From: Lytechinus pictus
Taxonomy: Eukaryota
Direction of reading: 5' to 3'
NCBI RefSeq assembly: GCF_037042905.1
Contig: NC_087251.1
Coordinates: 27,840,001 to 27,904,000, forward strand
Length of the DNA: 64,000 bases
Shown here: in pieces, positions 26,001 through 39,200 of the stretch
Layout of the letters: every line of letters begins with the position of its first letter
Numbering within the stretch: position 1 is the first letter of the stretch
Position numbers and translations under genes: made by a program
Notes under the pieces: generated by a model
The model's database searches: none
The model's input: the letters and a program-made list of their open reading frames with translations, nothing else
Told to the model about the DNA's origin: nothing

Positions 26001-27105
26001 ATGAATATACCAGCAGATAATAGAAATATATAAAGGAAGAGATAAACTATGAGAAAAAGGGACACAAAAGAGAATGGTAGGTACACAAAAGAAGTAGAGA
26101 TTTCAACAAAAAGAAAAGGCGGAGGTAAGAGAAAGAATGAAAAATAAACTAGTTGTAAACTTGTAGGATACTCAACATTAAAAAAAAATATGAAGTTGAG
26201 TAAACATCAAGAAACATTGAAGTAGCTGTCATATTATCATTGTGATATTTCTTTACTTTCTGTTTACAATGAGATTATTTTCCTTTGATCCGTAGGGGAT
26301 GGTCCTAGTGAGTGAGAAGCTAAAGCCAACACCTTGCTATGAATTTGAAGCTGATATCTGCATCTTATACCACACTACCTCCGTCAGTCGGGGATACCAA
26401 GCTACTGTCCATATAGGAAACGTCTGCCAGAATGCTATTATATGTGACATGGACAAGGTAATATTTTAAGCCCTTCTTCTTCACTGAAAATGAAGTGCTA
26501 TCAGGATAAAGTGTCAAAGTGTTGGGCACTGCAATAAAGTACCTTGTCATCTTGAAAATGTGCGCAAAGTTCCTTTATTAACGAAAAGGCGATTGATTAT
26601 TGAAATGAATGATGCTTTAGCACATTACTGCTGGGAAGATGACATCTTGTATTTAAAAAAAAAGCTAGTATGAGTTTTTAACTTGGTTATAGTGATTTCC
26701 TCTTACTTATTTTATGTATTTATTGGTATATACATTCAAACATTAATATTGACCAGCAGTACATGTAGGAGGGGTCTTTTTACAAAGGAGTGAATTACAA
26801 AGCAAGTAATTAAAAACGTAATTACAGTATACAATGCTATAATGGTTGACTTATACAGATAAATAAAAGTCTACTAGCAAGAAAATATTTCACCCTAGGG
26901 AAGGTAATAGAGTGCTGGGATCGGACAGAACATTACTTGATAGATAATGTAGTCATTAAAACAAAAACAAACATGTTCCCCTAAATATGATATTTGAGGT
27001 TGTAACACCCCACCAATGATATCTTATTTCGTGAGAGCGCTTTTCTCATATATGGCTAATGGTTTATGTAGCTAATGGTTTAATCCACATCAAGCCCCCC
27101 CCCCC

Positions 27106-27162
<57 letters not shown>

Positions 27163-27496
27163 GTAAATAAAAAAATATATAAAGAGGATATCAACAGAGA
27201 AATGAATTATTTATTATATCTCCTCCAATGTAATAAATAAAACCAGTTTAAATATTTAGGCAGTAAAGTAATGCTTTTGACTAAAATTTGGGATTGATTT
27301 TTTTCACCTTCACTCTATAATATTTGATTGTTCACAGGAGTGTGTAAAAATCAACGAGCAGGCGCTGGTTAAGTTCCGCTTCGTCCGGCAGCCTGAGTAC
27401 ATCCGAGAGGGTGCAAGGATCCTCTTCAGGGAAGGAACTGCCAAAGGTCTTGGACAAGTCACCAAAGTCTTTTCTCTATCAGCTGTAGAAAGATAA
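11090..27496 (+). CDS. GTPBP2: GTP-binding protein 2 (translational GTPase, ribosome rescue); 5'-most coding exon not identified
   Basis: Exons 11090-11116, 14625-14809, 15511-15622, 17371-17568, 19550-19736, 22660-22876, 24024-24159, 24641-24699, 25317-25485, 26296-26457, 27338-27496 (stop TAA). All GT-AG with consistent phases. Protein [28 protein letters not shown]1 [27 protein letters not shown] matches GTPBP2. Confidence 0.96.
15230..15325 (+). pseudogene. Decayed partial duplicate of GTPBP2 exon 14625-14809
   Basis: [22 protein letters not shown] vs [22 protein letters not shown] (18/22 identical); donor site lost. Confidence 0.8.
15737..16917 (+). mobile_element. Helentron/DINE-1-like (HINE) non-autonomous element with internal ~163-bp tandem repeats
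   Basis: Subterminal IRs GTCTCGCCTGCA (15742-15753) and TGCAGGCGAGAC (16884-16895), T-rich ends, (CGG)n after the 5' IR, ~5 internal repeat units. Confidence 0.7.
17601..17848. mobile_element. MITE (GCTGGGCTGATAA TIR family), copy 1
   Basis: ~28-bp imperfect TIRs; second copy at 23009-23264. Confidence 0.65.
18413..18870. mobile_element. MITE with AATTCTCGCTACCCCAAATAG TIRs (internally deleted copy)
   Basis: Perfect 21-bp terminal IRs; near-identical longer copy at 53172-53912. Confidence 0.85.
19158..19386 (+). mobile_element. tRNA-derived SINE
   Basis: A box GTGGTCTAGTGG, B box GGTTCAAAT, A-rich (CAAAA) tail. Confidence 0.6.
20875..21168. repeat. Diverged tandem repeat, ~135-bp unit, ~2.2 copies
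   Basis: GCAATCACAAAATGA..CAAACAAGGAA..GCATGCATTATGCTC recurs at ~20878 and ~21013, and partially at ~21149. Confidence 0.75.
21230..22060 (-). mobile_element. Degenerate LINE (CR1/L2-like ORF2) relic
   Basis: Peptide [19 protein letters not shown] and an EKVQR-like C-terminal remnant, typical of CR1-group ORF2. Confidence 0.5.
23009..23264. mobile_element. MITE (GCTGGGCTG TIR family), copy 2
   Basis: Shares internal TTCTTTTGCCTTGA and GTTTTCAGACAATAT with 17601-17848. Confidence 0.6.
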
Positions 27497-28189
27497 AGAG
27501 TTTTTCTCAATGCAATCCATAGCTGTGAAGATTAGAAATAATCATGTTAATCATAAGCATGATGCATAATATGCCATTGATCAAGAATAATCAGTTATAA
27601 TGTCTTGCAGCTTACGTGAGTATGAAAAGAAATGGTGTTTCATTCAGAGCAAAATGGACTTAAATTCACACTGCAATTCTTAGTAAGATGCAGTATATAG
27701 CCTATCTTTATTTTGGTCAGAATACGCTTGTAGAATGCATGTTATTGGGTAGTTTATTAAAGGTATATTTTTTCTTTTACTGGGTAAGTCACAAAACACA
27801 TAATACTTACACCTCCCTTAAAAATCAATTGTCAAGAGGTGAGTATCATCGATTGTATGTAAGAATATTGTATCCCATGTTGCTGATATCATTTTTCAGT
27901 GGTATATTCTCAAACTTGGATTTTTAGCAATTCCCAATGTCCACTCCAAGTTTTAAGGAGAATCTGTAAGTCCCAAAATGTGAATTTTTTCCACTTTATT
28001 CCTAGTAACAGAGTGATAAGGAATGCAAAGTACAACTTTGTGGAACCAAGTCAAAGATCCTTCTAGTCAAACAGAGAATCCCAGTACTTCTTATCCATGG
28101 GGGCCTATCTATTTAAACAAAAAGCCTGAAATGAGTTTGAAGAACTGATATTTCTTCATTCATTTTCATTGTGTAGTAGGTACCTTACT

Positions 28190-28249
28190 TGGGCAAGTGT
28201 TGGTCCTGAAAAGGATTGGGTGGTCCTTTTCAGGACCAACACTTGCCCA
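28190..28249. repeat. Perfect 26-bp inverted repeat with 8-nt loop
   Basis: TGGGCAAGTGTTGGTCCTGAAAAGGA / TCCTTTTCAGGACCAACACTTGCCCA. Confidence 0.95.
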
Positions 28250-29804
28250 CGAAAGATACATGGTGTTTGCCTTCAATACGAATGGCTCATTGTCAGCCAA
28301 TTGGCAGTAACAATGTACATTTATTTCTTTGGGGATTTTTGCAAATTCAGATTTAAGATAAATTTCAAAATTTGTGACACCTATCCCAAGTATTTTACTG
28401 ATGACATTCATCTACTTCCAATGAAATGTTATCTTGCCTGTTGCAAATATTTTTTTAAGCTGTAGTCTTGTTGTTGTACCATCCTTGTAGTTTTAGCATT
28501 GTATATAGTTTTATGCATCTATTATATATTTTTACGGTACTGAATTTTAATGATTGTAAAGCATCTTTGTGGGTGACGATTACTTCAGCAACAATTGTAC
28601 CTCAATGGTTTATAAAAAAAAAAGGTGTTTCATTGCAGTTGCACCCTTTACTAGTGCTCTAAGAGCGGGGCCTCGTTTCATAAAACTTGCTATTGATATC
28701 AGGATACAAGCTATGTTCTTCCACTACTTAAATTGTGTCATTTGAAATGGCTGAAGAAAAAGATTATCATGGAATTGGAGGATTTGTGATAAAAGGTACT
28801 GTTACAAGAGCAGTTATCTTTGGATCATTTGTTGCAAAATACTGGAAGCAGAATCATTGCTAAGCTTTATCTTCTGATCTGTTAAAAGCAAAATTTGTTC
28901 ATTAATTGCTAATGCAAATTCAAATTCAAAATGTTCTCCCTGTCTTCTTTTTACCTATATGTGCTGTCACTGCTGTCTGTTTATAATGTAGATTATCTTA
29001 TAGCTGTGTACATTTCCTTCCTAGATAGTCCTGTAAATAGTGTACAAAATAGAGTTCATTTTATAACTTTATGTAAATATTGGGAGCTCTCTATAAATTT
29101 GTGTGTGACATAGGCTTGCAGTGGCAAGACTGTATTGGTAGATCATACTTTCTGGTGGCATGTGTTTTTCAGTCAAATGAAGTTGAAAATTAGTTTGAGA
29201 GGGTAGACTAGCCAATGGTTGTTGTAAGACCTATGATACGCTCAACTTTCCAGCATCATCCGTTGCATGATGAATAAGTGTGTTGTTGGCTTATGGAAAT
29301 TTATTTTATTTACATATCTCATTAACGGGTTTCACTTTAAATACTGCTGAATGTTTCTGCTGTATGTTGCTGAATTTTATTGCATCATATCTGAATACCC
29401 TGGTCAGACTGAAAAGTGCATGTCACACTTTATAAGAAGTATCCTCTACCACTCATATTTATTTGGTTGCCAATTTGAAGTTTGCATATCGAGCCAATGC
29501 CAAAAATGTCTTTTAACTGTTGATCAGTCATGCAATAGTCATCATTTACTGAGGAAATTAACTTGTGATTGTGTAGTTTGAGTATGTTTGTTCCACTAAG
29601 ATCAGTAGCTTTCTGTGTTCTTGGAAAAGCATGGTTTATTTGTATAATAGTAGTGATATTAATAATGTAAAAAAAATAACAATGATAATAATTTTAGATT
29701 TTTCAAAAAGCGGGTCTTGGGAGAAAGAAAATTGTTTAATAAACTAATATGAATGGGGTGGGATTGAGGGCAACTTATTATGTACTTATTTCATTTTCCG
29801 TACA

Positions 29805-30056
29805 TTTTAATAATAGTAATGTAAGGCATTTATAAGAGGCAAATTTTCTAGTTGACTAGATATTACCCCAGCTTTAGCCAACAGCTGCGTAGAGGCCCTT
29901 GGTGCATTAAAGAAATTAATCCTTACCTCATCTGGGTTGAGTATAGCATGATGTTAATCAGTTCCTTGCCCAAAGGAAATTACGCCATGGTTGGGATTCA
30001 GATTCATGACCCTCTGTTTTAAAGCCTTGAGTCAACCACTAGAGCTCAATGCTCCA
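29805..30056 (-). mobile_element. tRNA-derived SINE (same family as 59164-59470)
   Basis: Reverse complement matches the head GGAGCATTG..AGTGG, the core CCCAACCATGGCGTAATTTCC and the (TAT)n tail. Confidence 0.7.
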
Positions 30057-33000
30057 CTTTTTAACAAATTGTAAAGGTTTTAGTAAAGGTAATGGTGATA
30101 ATAAGAGAACACTGTTATGAGTTCTTGGGTAATATGACATTCATGATGGTTATAAATACACATTTATAGAAATATGTGTATTTACCTTACTGTTTTCAGA
30201 GTCGTTATCCCACCACTTAACGTACCTACCAGACGATTTGGTTGACTTTATATTTTTTTTCAATTAGGAATTCATTTGAGTATTAGGAGAGTATATATTT
30301 TGTTACATCCATGTGTGCTTCAATACTTTTTTTTTTTATTGATTGTTGTTAGTGTGAATGTAACAGCTTTGGTTTATTTATTATTTTAACTTGTTGAGCT
30401 TGTTGCTTTGTTTTGTATCTTATCTCAATGACCTAGTTAGAGATTTTCCTCATGTTGTCTTTTCAATCATATTTTTGTCTTAACTTGCCAGGCTTCTTAT
30501 CAGACAGGATTTTTTTTACATTTGAAGTCTGTCACCCATTTTAATGATAAATATTGATGTATGACATGATTAACATGCCAATATTACATGAACAATTCAT
30601 ACATATATCAATAACGCCGTGCACCTACATTAGGTCCATGTTTAGACTTTACTACTACCATTGTATGAATGCAGGCAAAAATAAAATGAGGGAAAAATAA
30701 TTGATATTCATTAATAAAACCTGGAGTAATTTATGGCAATGTTTACAAGATGTGTTTAAGATTGAAATTACTCTAATCCATTTTCTGTGTAATTTAATGA
30801 ATGTTGACAGAAATTTTCATTAATGTACATGTGATTTAGATTTCTAAAATGTCAATTATAATCCAGAAAATAATGTCATCTCCTTGTAGTTAATTAAAAT
30901 GTTGTGGATATCTGTATTCGCCTTCTAATGAAACATGTAGATTTCACCTTATTTATATCCAAGTAATGTTCATAATTTATTATGAAAATAGTCAACTGTT
31001 TTATAAGAAGGCTTCAGTTGTAGTTATGGCTTTATGCTATGGCTCACTGAATGGTTTGTTAAATAATCATATGGTCTATTGTGAAAATTTAAAAAATAAA
31101 ATGCTATAACTTCTGATGACAGAAGTTGGTATGTTGGATTTCTAAATGTTCAATATAATCAAATAATACAAAAGACAAATGTTAACAAGTTAGGATTAAA
31201 CTTTTTAGAAAAATCATATTTGGGTTTTAAGTGCGATTTTTATTGTTTCCTTCTTAAATTGACAGTCCCTCCACTTGCTCTTTGCTGTTTGTATTTTCTC
31301 CCTCAAAGCCCTCCATCCCCTAGCTGTTCCTAATTTGTCTATCCCATGCATTGCAGTATAGATTCATATGCATTTGATCAGATTTTTCTTTTAATATTAC
31401 GGTGTAAATTAAGGAAGAATAGAAAGAAAGGGATGGAGTAAGGAAGAAAGAATGAAAGAAGTAGTGAATCTAAGGGAGAGAGAAAGAGAAAAATAATGAG
31501 GGGGAGATAGAGAATAGGAGAGAGAGGGGGATGGGAGAGAGAAAAAATCAAAGGAAGGGAAGAAGTTGATAGAGGAAGATGGGGGAAAGAATGAAACAAA
31601 GTTACATGATGAAAATGAAAGATTTTTAAGTAAGAGAAGGAAAGAATAATTGATTATAAATGAATATCAATTTTAACTGGTCATCATGTCTATAGTGGTG
31701 AATTGAAAGATGGTGATACGGATTGAATGTACAAATAAGGAAGGGGGCAGCATACTTCTTCAAATTATATGAACTTGAAATGTTAAACCTATATGTAATT
31801 GTCCATAAAATTTTGCAAAAATACCCTTCTCGAGAGATAAATCTAAGAATTAAGGTAATGCATATGGAAATATATTACAAACCAGGCTATGACCGACCAT
31901 ACAAAATATAGCTTATATTTACAATGGTGGTTGCGATAACACTTAAAAATGATAGACATGGATGAAGAAAGTTCATTAAATGAAGGATAGGAAAGCTCAA
32001 AGAAAAATGTCAGAAAGAAAGAATTTAAAACAAAAATAAAAGTAGGAAATCTGAGAAGAGTAGAACAGTAAAGAATGATAATAATAAAATGGGAAAGATA
32101 TTAAAAATGTGATCATATAGACTTATATAGACACAGGCCTAACATAGGAAAAGAGAAGGAACTTTGAGTAATGACCAAATATCATAGAGAAGACCAAGAA
32201 TGGAAGAACGTACAGCTTATTGGTGAACTAGCTGAAAAAAAATAGGGGTATCGAAAAACGAAAGTTTACCTAATTATCTTTTTCTAACATAAATATATAT
32301 ATATAATATATATTTACTGAATGTAGTATTCACTCAAAATACAACTGACTATGATTGAAACGAAAGCAGAAGAACAGAGAAAGTGCCCAAAATTAACTTC
32401 GGGAAAGAGAGAAGAAAACTTCTTTATTGAATAAGATACAGTGTTACTGCATGGGATCGGTAAGATCAGAACTTAGAAAGTAGAGGGAAAGTCGAAAAGA
32501 TGTAGAGAGAAAAGAAATAATAAGAGAAGAAAAAAACTTGGAAAAAATGAAACAATTAAAAAATGAAAAGAAGGTGGCGAAATGGAAGGGAAAGCGTATA
32601 AAAGAAGTTAGAATTAGAATAGAAAATAGAAGAAAAAGAAATAATCAAATAAATGAATACAGAAAGAAAGAGTTTAGAGAGTGAATGCAAGACAGAATGA
32701 AGAAGCCAACAACAAATGAAGAGGAAGGGGGGGGGGGGGGTTGAGAAAAAAAAAAGACTCGGACGGGGAGCTATAGCTATAGAATGAAAACAATAAGAAT
32801 AGAATATCCGGAGAATATCCCCAGACATGCCAGAAGATATATCTCCAATCAATAAAAAAAGTTTTTATCACTTATTCACTTTGACAGCCAGACATTAGAC
32901 TTTGCTTTATTAGCAGCGTGGCTTTACTAGTACTCTCTGGCATCTGCATCTGCCACCACTCTGAAGAGCGTTTTGTTATATGAAATATCAAATATGTGAA

Positions 33001-33254
33001 CAAAAGGAGTTTTGTATTGTCCGCAAATTTATTGCAAGCGCACAAAAAGACCATTCATGTGCAGAGTTGATGCCAATTTGAAACAAATGTTTATAAAAGT
33101 TTGGTAATAATTTACAAGTGGAATTAAAGATTTTGGATACAAATTGCAAATAATTTATTCCTAAATATCTTAAGATATTCATCACCGACCAAACATTTAT
33201 TTTCAGATCAAATAATTTGAATAAATAATTAGCAAGAAATCACAATATTGCAAA

Positions 33255-36200
33255 ATGGCGGGGGATAACTCTTCGGATTGTTATTGTGGAGATATTCTCA
33301 AGCTACTTGATTTGGGTAAGAGACTTCATTTTATTTCAAAATTTTAACATTTTTATGTGTGAAAAAGTGTATTTTACCATTTCTTTACTGAAAAACGCGG
33401 AGATTTTATAAGGTATGTGAAAGCGAGGCCTGCAAGTGCAGAACGGTTAACGTGACAATGCATGTGTGAGAGAAAAATTGTAGTCCCAGATGTTGTAATC
33501 CACGTAAGTTGTTAGCAAGATTTTATACTGTCGTTGTTAAATGCAAATATGGCAATGCACTCTCTCTTCGATCTTCCTGGGCCAGGCCAGATACAGAAGC
33601 AGACCCAATAGGGCCCACTCATCCAATGTACAAGGTTATAAAGGCTTAGTACTGAGCTGTTGAAATGCCAATTAGACCTTCATAGCCAGCAAAATGTCGC
33701 CTTTGTCGGTCATCATTGTTTGGCTTTACTAAGCTTTTGGGAACCAATCTTCCATTCCAAGACCAAGTTCCAAACAGACACGCCAGACAAACCAAATATT
33801 GACCCAACAATGATTTAAATAATAAAACGTTGCTGTTGAGGCTTAAGTCAAAATTACACTCTTAACTTTTAGTTTTAGTCAGTGCACAGGCATGATGACA
33901 GGCCACAGTCACCCAAGGGTTCATTACATGCCGCCGCGCACAGAAAAATCAAGCCATAGAAGTCGTGTGTTGTGGACCCAAGAAGTGAGATCCCAGCACG
34001 CGCGACCCACTAGTTAGAAATCCACTGCCAAACGCGGTTCGTGGTGCGAGGTTAGTATACTAATACTAACCTCGCAATACGTGTGAGTATACTAATACTA
34101 ACCTCGCAATACGTGTGAGTGGGCCACAGTTGGCAGCCACATCAATTTTACGAGTTCGTCCCTCACGAGGTTTCCGGTAGTGCTGGTCGATATTTGATTC
34201 AATTTAATATCGCTTGCAAGCAATGGCCAAAGCAAAGTATCATCTATGTCATGATGCATTGCCAGAGTCACCAGAAATGAAATTATTGCTTAATATTTTA
34301 CCTGAAAGAGGATATTCTTGGCTTTAAAATGAAACATGACTCACTAGTGGTTCCTGACCCTCATTACAAAGAGAAAAACATTTGGTGGACACCACTGTAT
34401 GGTAAGGTCACATCTCCAAGTCTGCGCGGTTCCCCTTGTCTGTACATGCGTATCTACGCGATTTCAGTAAAGGAAGATGCACAACGACCACTTTCTTATA
34501 CATAGAAAGATATTTAAAAATGTGACTCAAAATGGTGGAAAATGTATTACTTTTGGGCATTCCATGTGACGGAATCAAAATGCAGCCTTTGTTGTCAAAA
34601 TCCCTGAATCATGTGTAAAGTGAAAGGGTGCGCAGAAATGGGGCACCATTTTTTTCAGTCTGAAAATTACTGGCCAATGTTTTTTCCAAGAAAATTATAT
34701 ATTCAAATTCATTTATTTCACATCTCTAAAAAACATACAAGATAAAATACATCGAAATCAAAATTTCTTATGATATTTTTGGCATACTGTACCTATAAGA
34801 ATATAAGGAAAATTATCAACAGAATTTTTTGTGAAATTAAAAGAGATTCAAGTTCAATCTTAACGTAAATAGTTAGGTGTGCAGACATGGGGCCCTCCTT
34901 CATACCACAGGATGTTACTCTTCAGAGAAGAGGGAGAAAAGTTGACAAGTCTATTGAAGCCCACTTACTCAGACACTATTGTACAATGTGGTTAAAAGTA
35001 GTGCTGTTGTCGGGAACAAAAATCCATGTCGACATATCGCTTAAAAATTAATCCCGACATCGACAACGTCGACATGAAAAAGGGACTGTAATTTAGCCTA
35101 CGCTCCCTAACATAAAAAAAAATCATTCGATCGTGGAACATAACACTCTCAATCAAATGTATTCACCTTGACACGAGTGATATCCCCACACTAGATCTAG
35201 ATCTATATAATACAGGCTCAGTTCAGGAAACATTTTCACTAAGCTAGAGTGAATTCACTTCCAAAATCACCGATTAATCCGCATTTTTTTCTGGAGAATC
35301 AAGTTTTTTTTACCACTATCCGGTCTCGAAAGCATTGCGCAATAACACTCGGAGCCAATTTGAGAATCACCAATTACAACAGTGATCATTGCGTATTATA
35401 CGCTGGTACACATGTGCTGCAAACGCAAGCTCCTCAAATTGACAAAAAAACAATGAAAATCGACCGATCATTTCAGTATCACTTCCGCGGCGATCCGTGC
35501 AACGATCTCCAAACGAAGGAAGGGAAGTTTTCTGTGACTTCGTGATATGAAGTAAGCGCTCAATTGCAGCGGTCACAACTTTGACAAAAACACAGGTTCG
35601 CTGCTGCTCACATTTATGTGAAAAGTATTGCATTGAGGAGCAACGTATTATCAAGCACGGTGAATAGCGATGGGTACATATTTCCGTGGATGGGTACGGT
35701 GAATGCTACTACGCTACGCTCGCTATAGCGCTAGATACAGATCTAGAGCGATCGTCGGGATCGAGGGTGGCTCGATCGGGCATGCCGGCCCCGCACTGAC
35801 GTATTACTGTGGATAAATGCTTCCAACTTTTCAGCTAAGCTTAACACTCGTGACTTTAAGCTAGACCCTTTTTTATTTTATGTTTACATGTCGATGTGGG
35901 TGCGTGCATGTCGACATGTCGGAAACATTGAAAAGCCTTTGTATGTCGACATCAATGTCGATATGAGGCCTATCGACAACAGCACTAGAGGATTAGAACT
36001 CTTTCAAATATCCTGGAAGGAGTTGTTAAATGAGCTCCAAATTTGTCTCACTAATTAGGCACATCCTATTTATTACCAAGAAATGTCGATGGAAGGTCTT
36101 ATCCATTTTTTAAATTTATTCAAGTTCAAGATAGGGGGAATAGGAATACTTTGGTTTTCAGGAAGAACAAATAGCAAAATCTTTAAAGACACAAAATGTG

Positions 36201-39200
36201 TCTACATGTAATTAAAACTGTCAGAACAATCATCCGGGTTAGTTTATTACATCCATTTTTGTATAGTTCAGAGAAAACAGTATATTCTTTGAAGAAATAC
36301 TAAAAACTGAAATTGACCATTTTACCCAACCACTCTTATTGTCCTGTAAATAACACGTTGCGACTTTTTGTGGGCTTTGCAATTGCCATGCCTCATCACA
36401 TATTTGTTCATTATGAGCTGCAATTCTATTAGAGTAGGGAAGGGGAAAATTAAAGTTATATATTGATCTGTGCTTTATATCAATGAAAAGAGGGAATTTG
36501 GGTACCATCTTACAAGGTTCTGAGTTGTTTAAAAACAATACAGAGCTGCATAAAATTTTGTCTTGCCTGCATAGAGACTATATACATGTAGGCACCGCTT
36601 TTCCAATGACGGCAGTGTCAACATCAAATCTTAACCTAAGGTGAAGTTTTTTTAATGACATAACTTAGAATATTTATGGACCTGGATCATGAAACTTGGA
36701 CATAAGGGTAATCAAGTATTACTGACTACCCTCCCTGAGTTTCAGGTCACATGACCAAGGTAAAAGGTCATTTAGGGTCAATGAACTTAGACCATGTTGC
36801 GTATATTTGTTGAATTGAAAGTTTATGGAGCTAGTTCATAAGACTTGGACATAAGAGTAATCAAATATCACTGAACATTCCGTGTGAGTTTCCAGTCACA
36901 TTACAAAGGTTAAAGGTCATTTAAGGTCAATGTTTGGGGTAATTGTTGAGTTGCCATCATAACTTTGATAGTTTATGTATCTAGTTCATGAAATGTTGAC
37001 ATATGGGTAGTCAAGTATCATTGCTCATCTTGAACTAGTCTTCGGTCATTTCATCAAGGTCAAATGACTTCAAGCCAGGGTCAAATGTCATTTATGGTCA
37101 ATGAACATAGTTCTTATATATATATTATTATACGAATTGTGTTTTTTTTGTGTGTGAATTATTTAATCAAAGTCAGCACTGCTGCTATTTAATCGCGTAA
37201 TGCAGGCGAGACTGCCAGTGGCACTCTACTTGTTGGTCAATAAATAGTGAATGAATTTTCATAATCAATAACATGTTGTTAATATTGTGTTACTGCTATA
37301 TATCAACATGATCGTTTCAATTCAATTTATTAATAATTCATAAAATGCAAAGCAGATATATTATACAATAAAATCTGTATGGGAATCACAAAAGCCTATG
37401 GCTTGCTAAACAGTGATCCCCTTACACACAAAATATACATAATGACATGGTAAATCAAGAACTTAAATGAACAATCAAATCTACAATAGGTCAATTACAA
37501 CCAGAGTTTGTGCACAGTTTAATTGCTTTCTTTTGCAAACAAATAACCGATTACTGTTTTTTTTTATTATTACCTGAATAAACTATTCCACAATAATTTA
37601 AATGCGGCAAGATAAAGGCATTGTATAACATGAATAAGGTTTTTAAAGGTATAAAATGTCAAATTTTGCTCATAACACCTACGGTACATGTATGTACATA
37701 CCTATTTTCGAATAGATATTATTAAGATTATCTTTTTTTGGGAAGGGGGGCACAACAATAGATGTCCCCCCCCCCCAAAAAAAAAAAGATAAACCTCTGT
37801 GCTAATGCCCATGTTGTTGAGTGTTTGATACTTGTAACGAGTTTCGTGCTCGGCTTCTTTTTGTCTCTCGCAAGGGAATGTACAATCTAGCCAGCTTCCG
37901 GGGCAAACTGGGGGTCTTGCCTGTGGCACGTGCCGGTCATATAACATGAATGAACATGTGACATCTTGTGCTGAAATACCAAATTTGGACATGGAGCAGA
38001 TTGTATACAAAGAATTTTGTGTGTGATGAATGAATACAATTAAATTTGCCACTCTCCACCCAGATTAAGTGTTGTTATTTGGTGCATGTACCTGGTAGGA
38101 AGGAATTACTGCTGGAGCACCTGATCAGGGTAGCTGTACTAATGTCGGGGTAATAGTATGCAGTGCTTACAAATATTTTATTAGGCACTACCTGGTACAT
38201 AAATGTTGCATAAAATAAATGATTAAATTTGCGATCCCTTTTTGTTTTGGGGATCACATTGCTGAAAAATGTGACAAGACAACACCTTACGTATAAAGGT
38301 AAACTAGTTGTGATGTGACAAACAGACAAATTTTCACTTGTTAGAGCCTTTAAATCCCCAAACATACTATAGTAGTCAGCATAGATCTGCAGTTCAGGAA
38401 GATCAGTCGTTTATTTTTCCATTAAATTTTTAATGTAGCCTACATGTACATGTACATTTATCCCATCTCATACCGCATACATGTATTTACACATACATGT
38501 ATGTTGGATGGGGGGTCGGGCGTCCGGACACTTTATATTTTTGAAGCCTTTTTTTTGTCTTTGGATTACACTAAAAATATGAATTCAATAGTTGTAATCA
38601 TCTTCTATCTTGTTCTCTATAATATTTCCTAACATTTTGTACTAAAAATTGATGAAACTTCACTTGTAAATTTTTCCAAATGACTTTCTAAAATTGATCG
38701 TCCAGGCACACAACCTGTCCGGACACAACAACCCACTATCATGGAAATATCTGAAATCGTCATGATTGTATTTTTGTTTTTTCTTTGCTTTAGATTTCCC
38801 TTAACATTTTCTTTTGACATTTTATTGGCTCAGGGCAACAGGCCAGTGGTAGTGCTGAGTTATTTTCCCCTTGACCTGTTTTATTTTTGTCTCGCCTGCA
38901 TAACAGAAGCGAAACATAGGCGCTACATTTCCAAAGGCGGTCATAAACACGGAGTCTTTACCAAGGTTAAGTTTTGGAATATAGTTCTACATGTAAGGGC
39001 TTATTTCATAAAACTTGGACAACAGGATAATCAGGTTGCTGGTATTTGTTTCAGGTCACATGATCAAGGACAAAAGCCGTTAAGGTTCATGTCAAAGGTT
39101 TGATGAAATTCCATTAAAAAATATTAGTTCTGGATATCAAAAGATTTAAATTCAATTTGTAATGTCATACATGTATGCAAGCATAAATGCCATTAATGGC

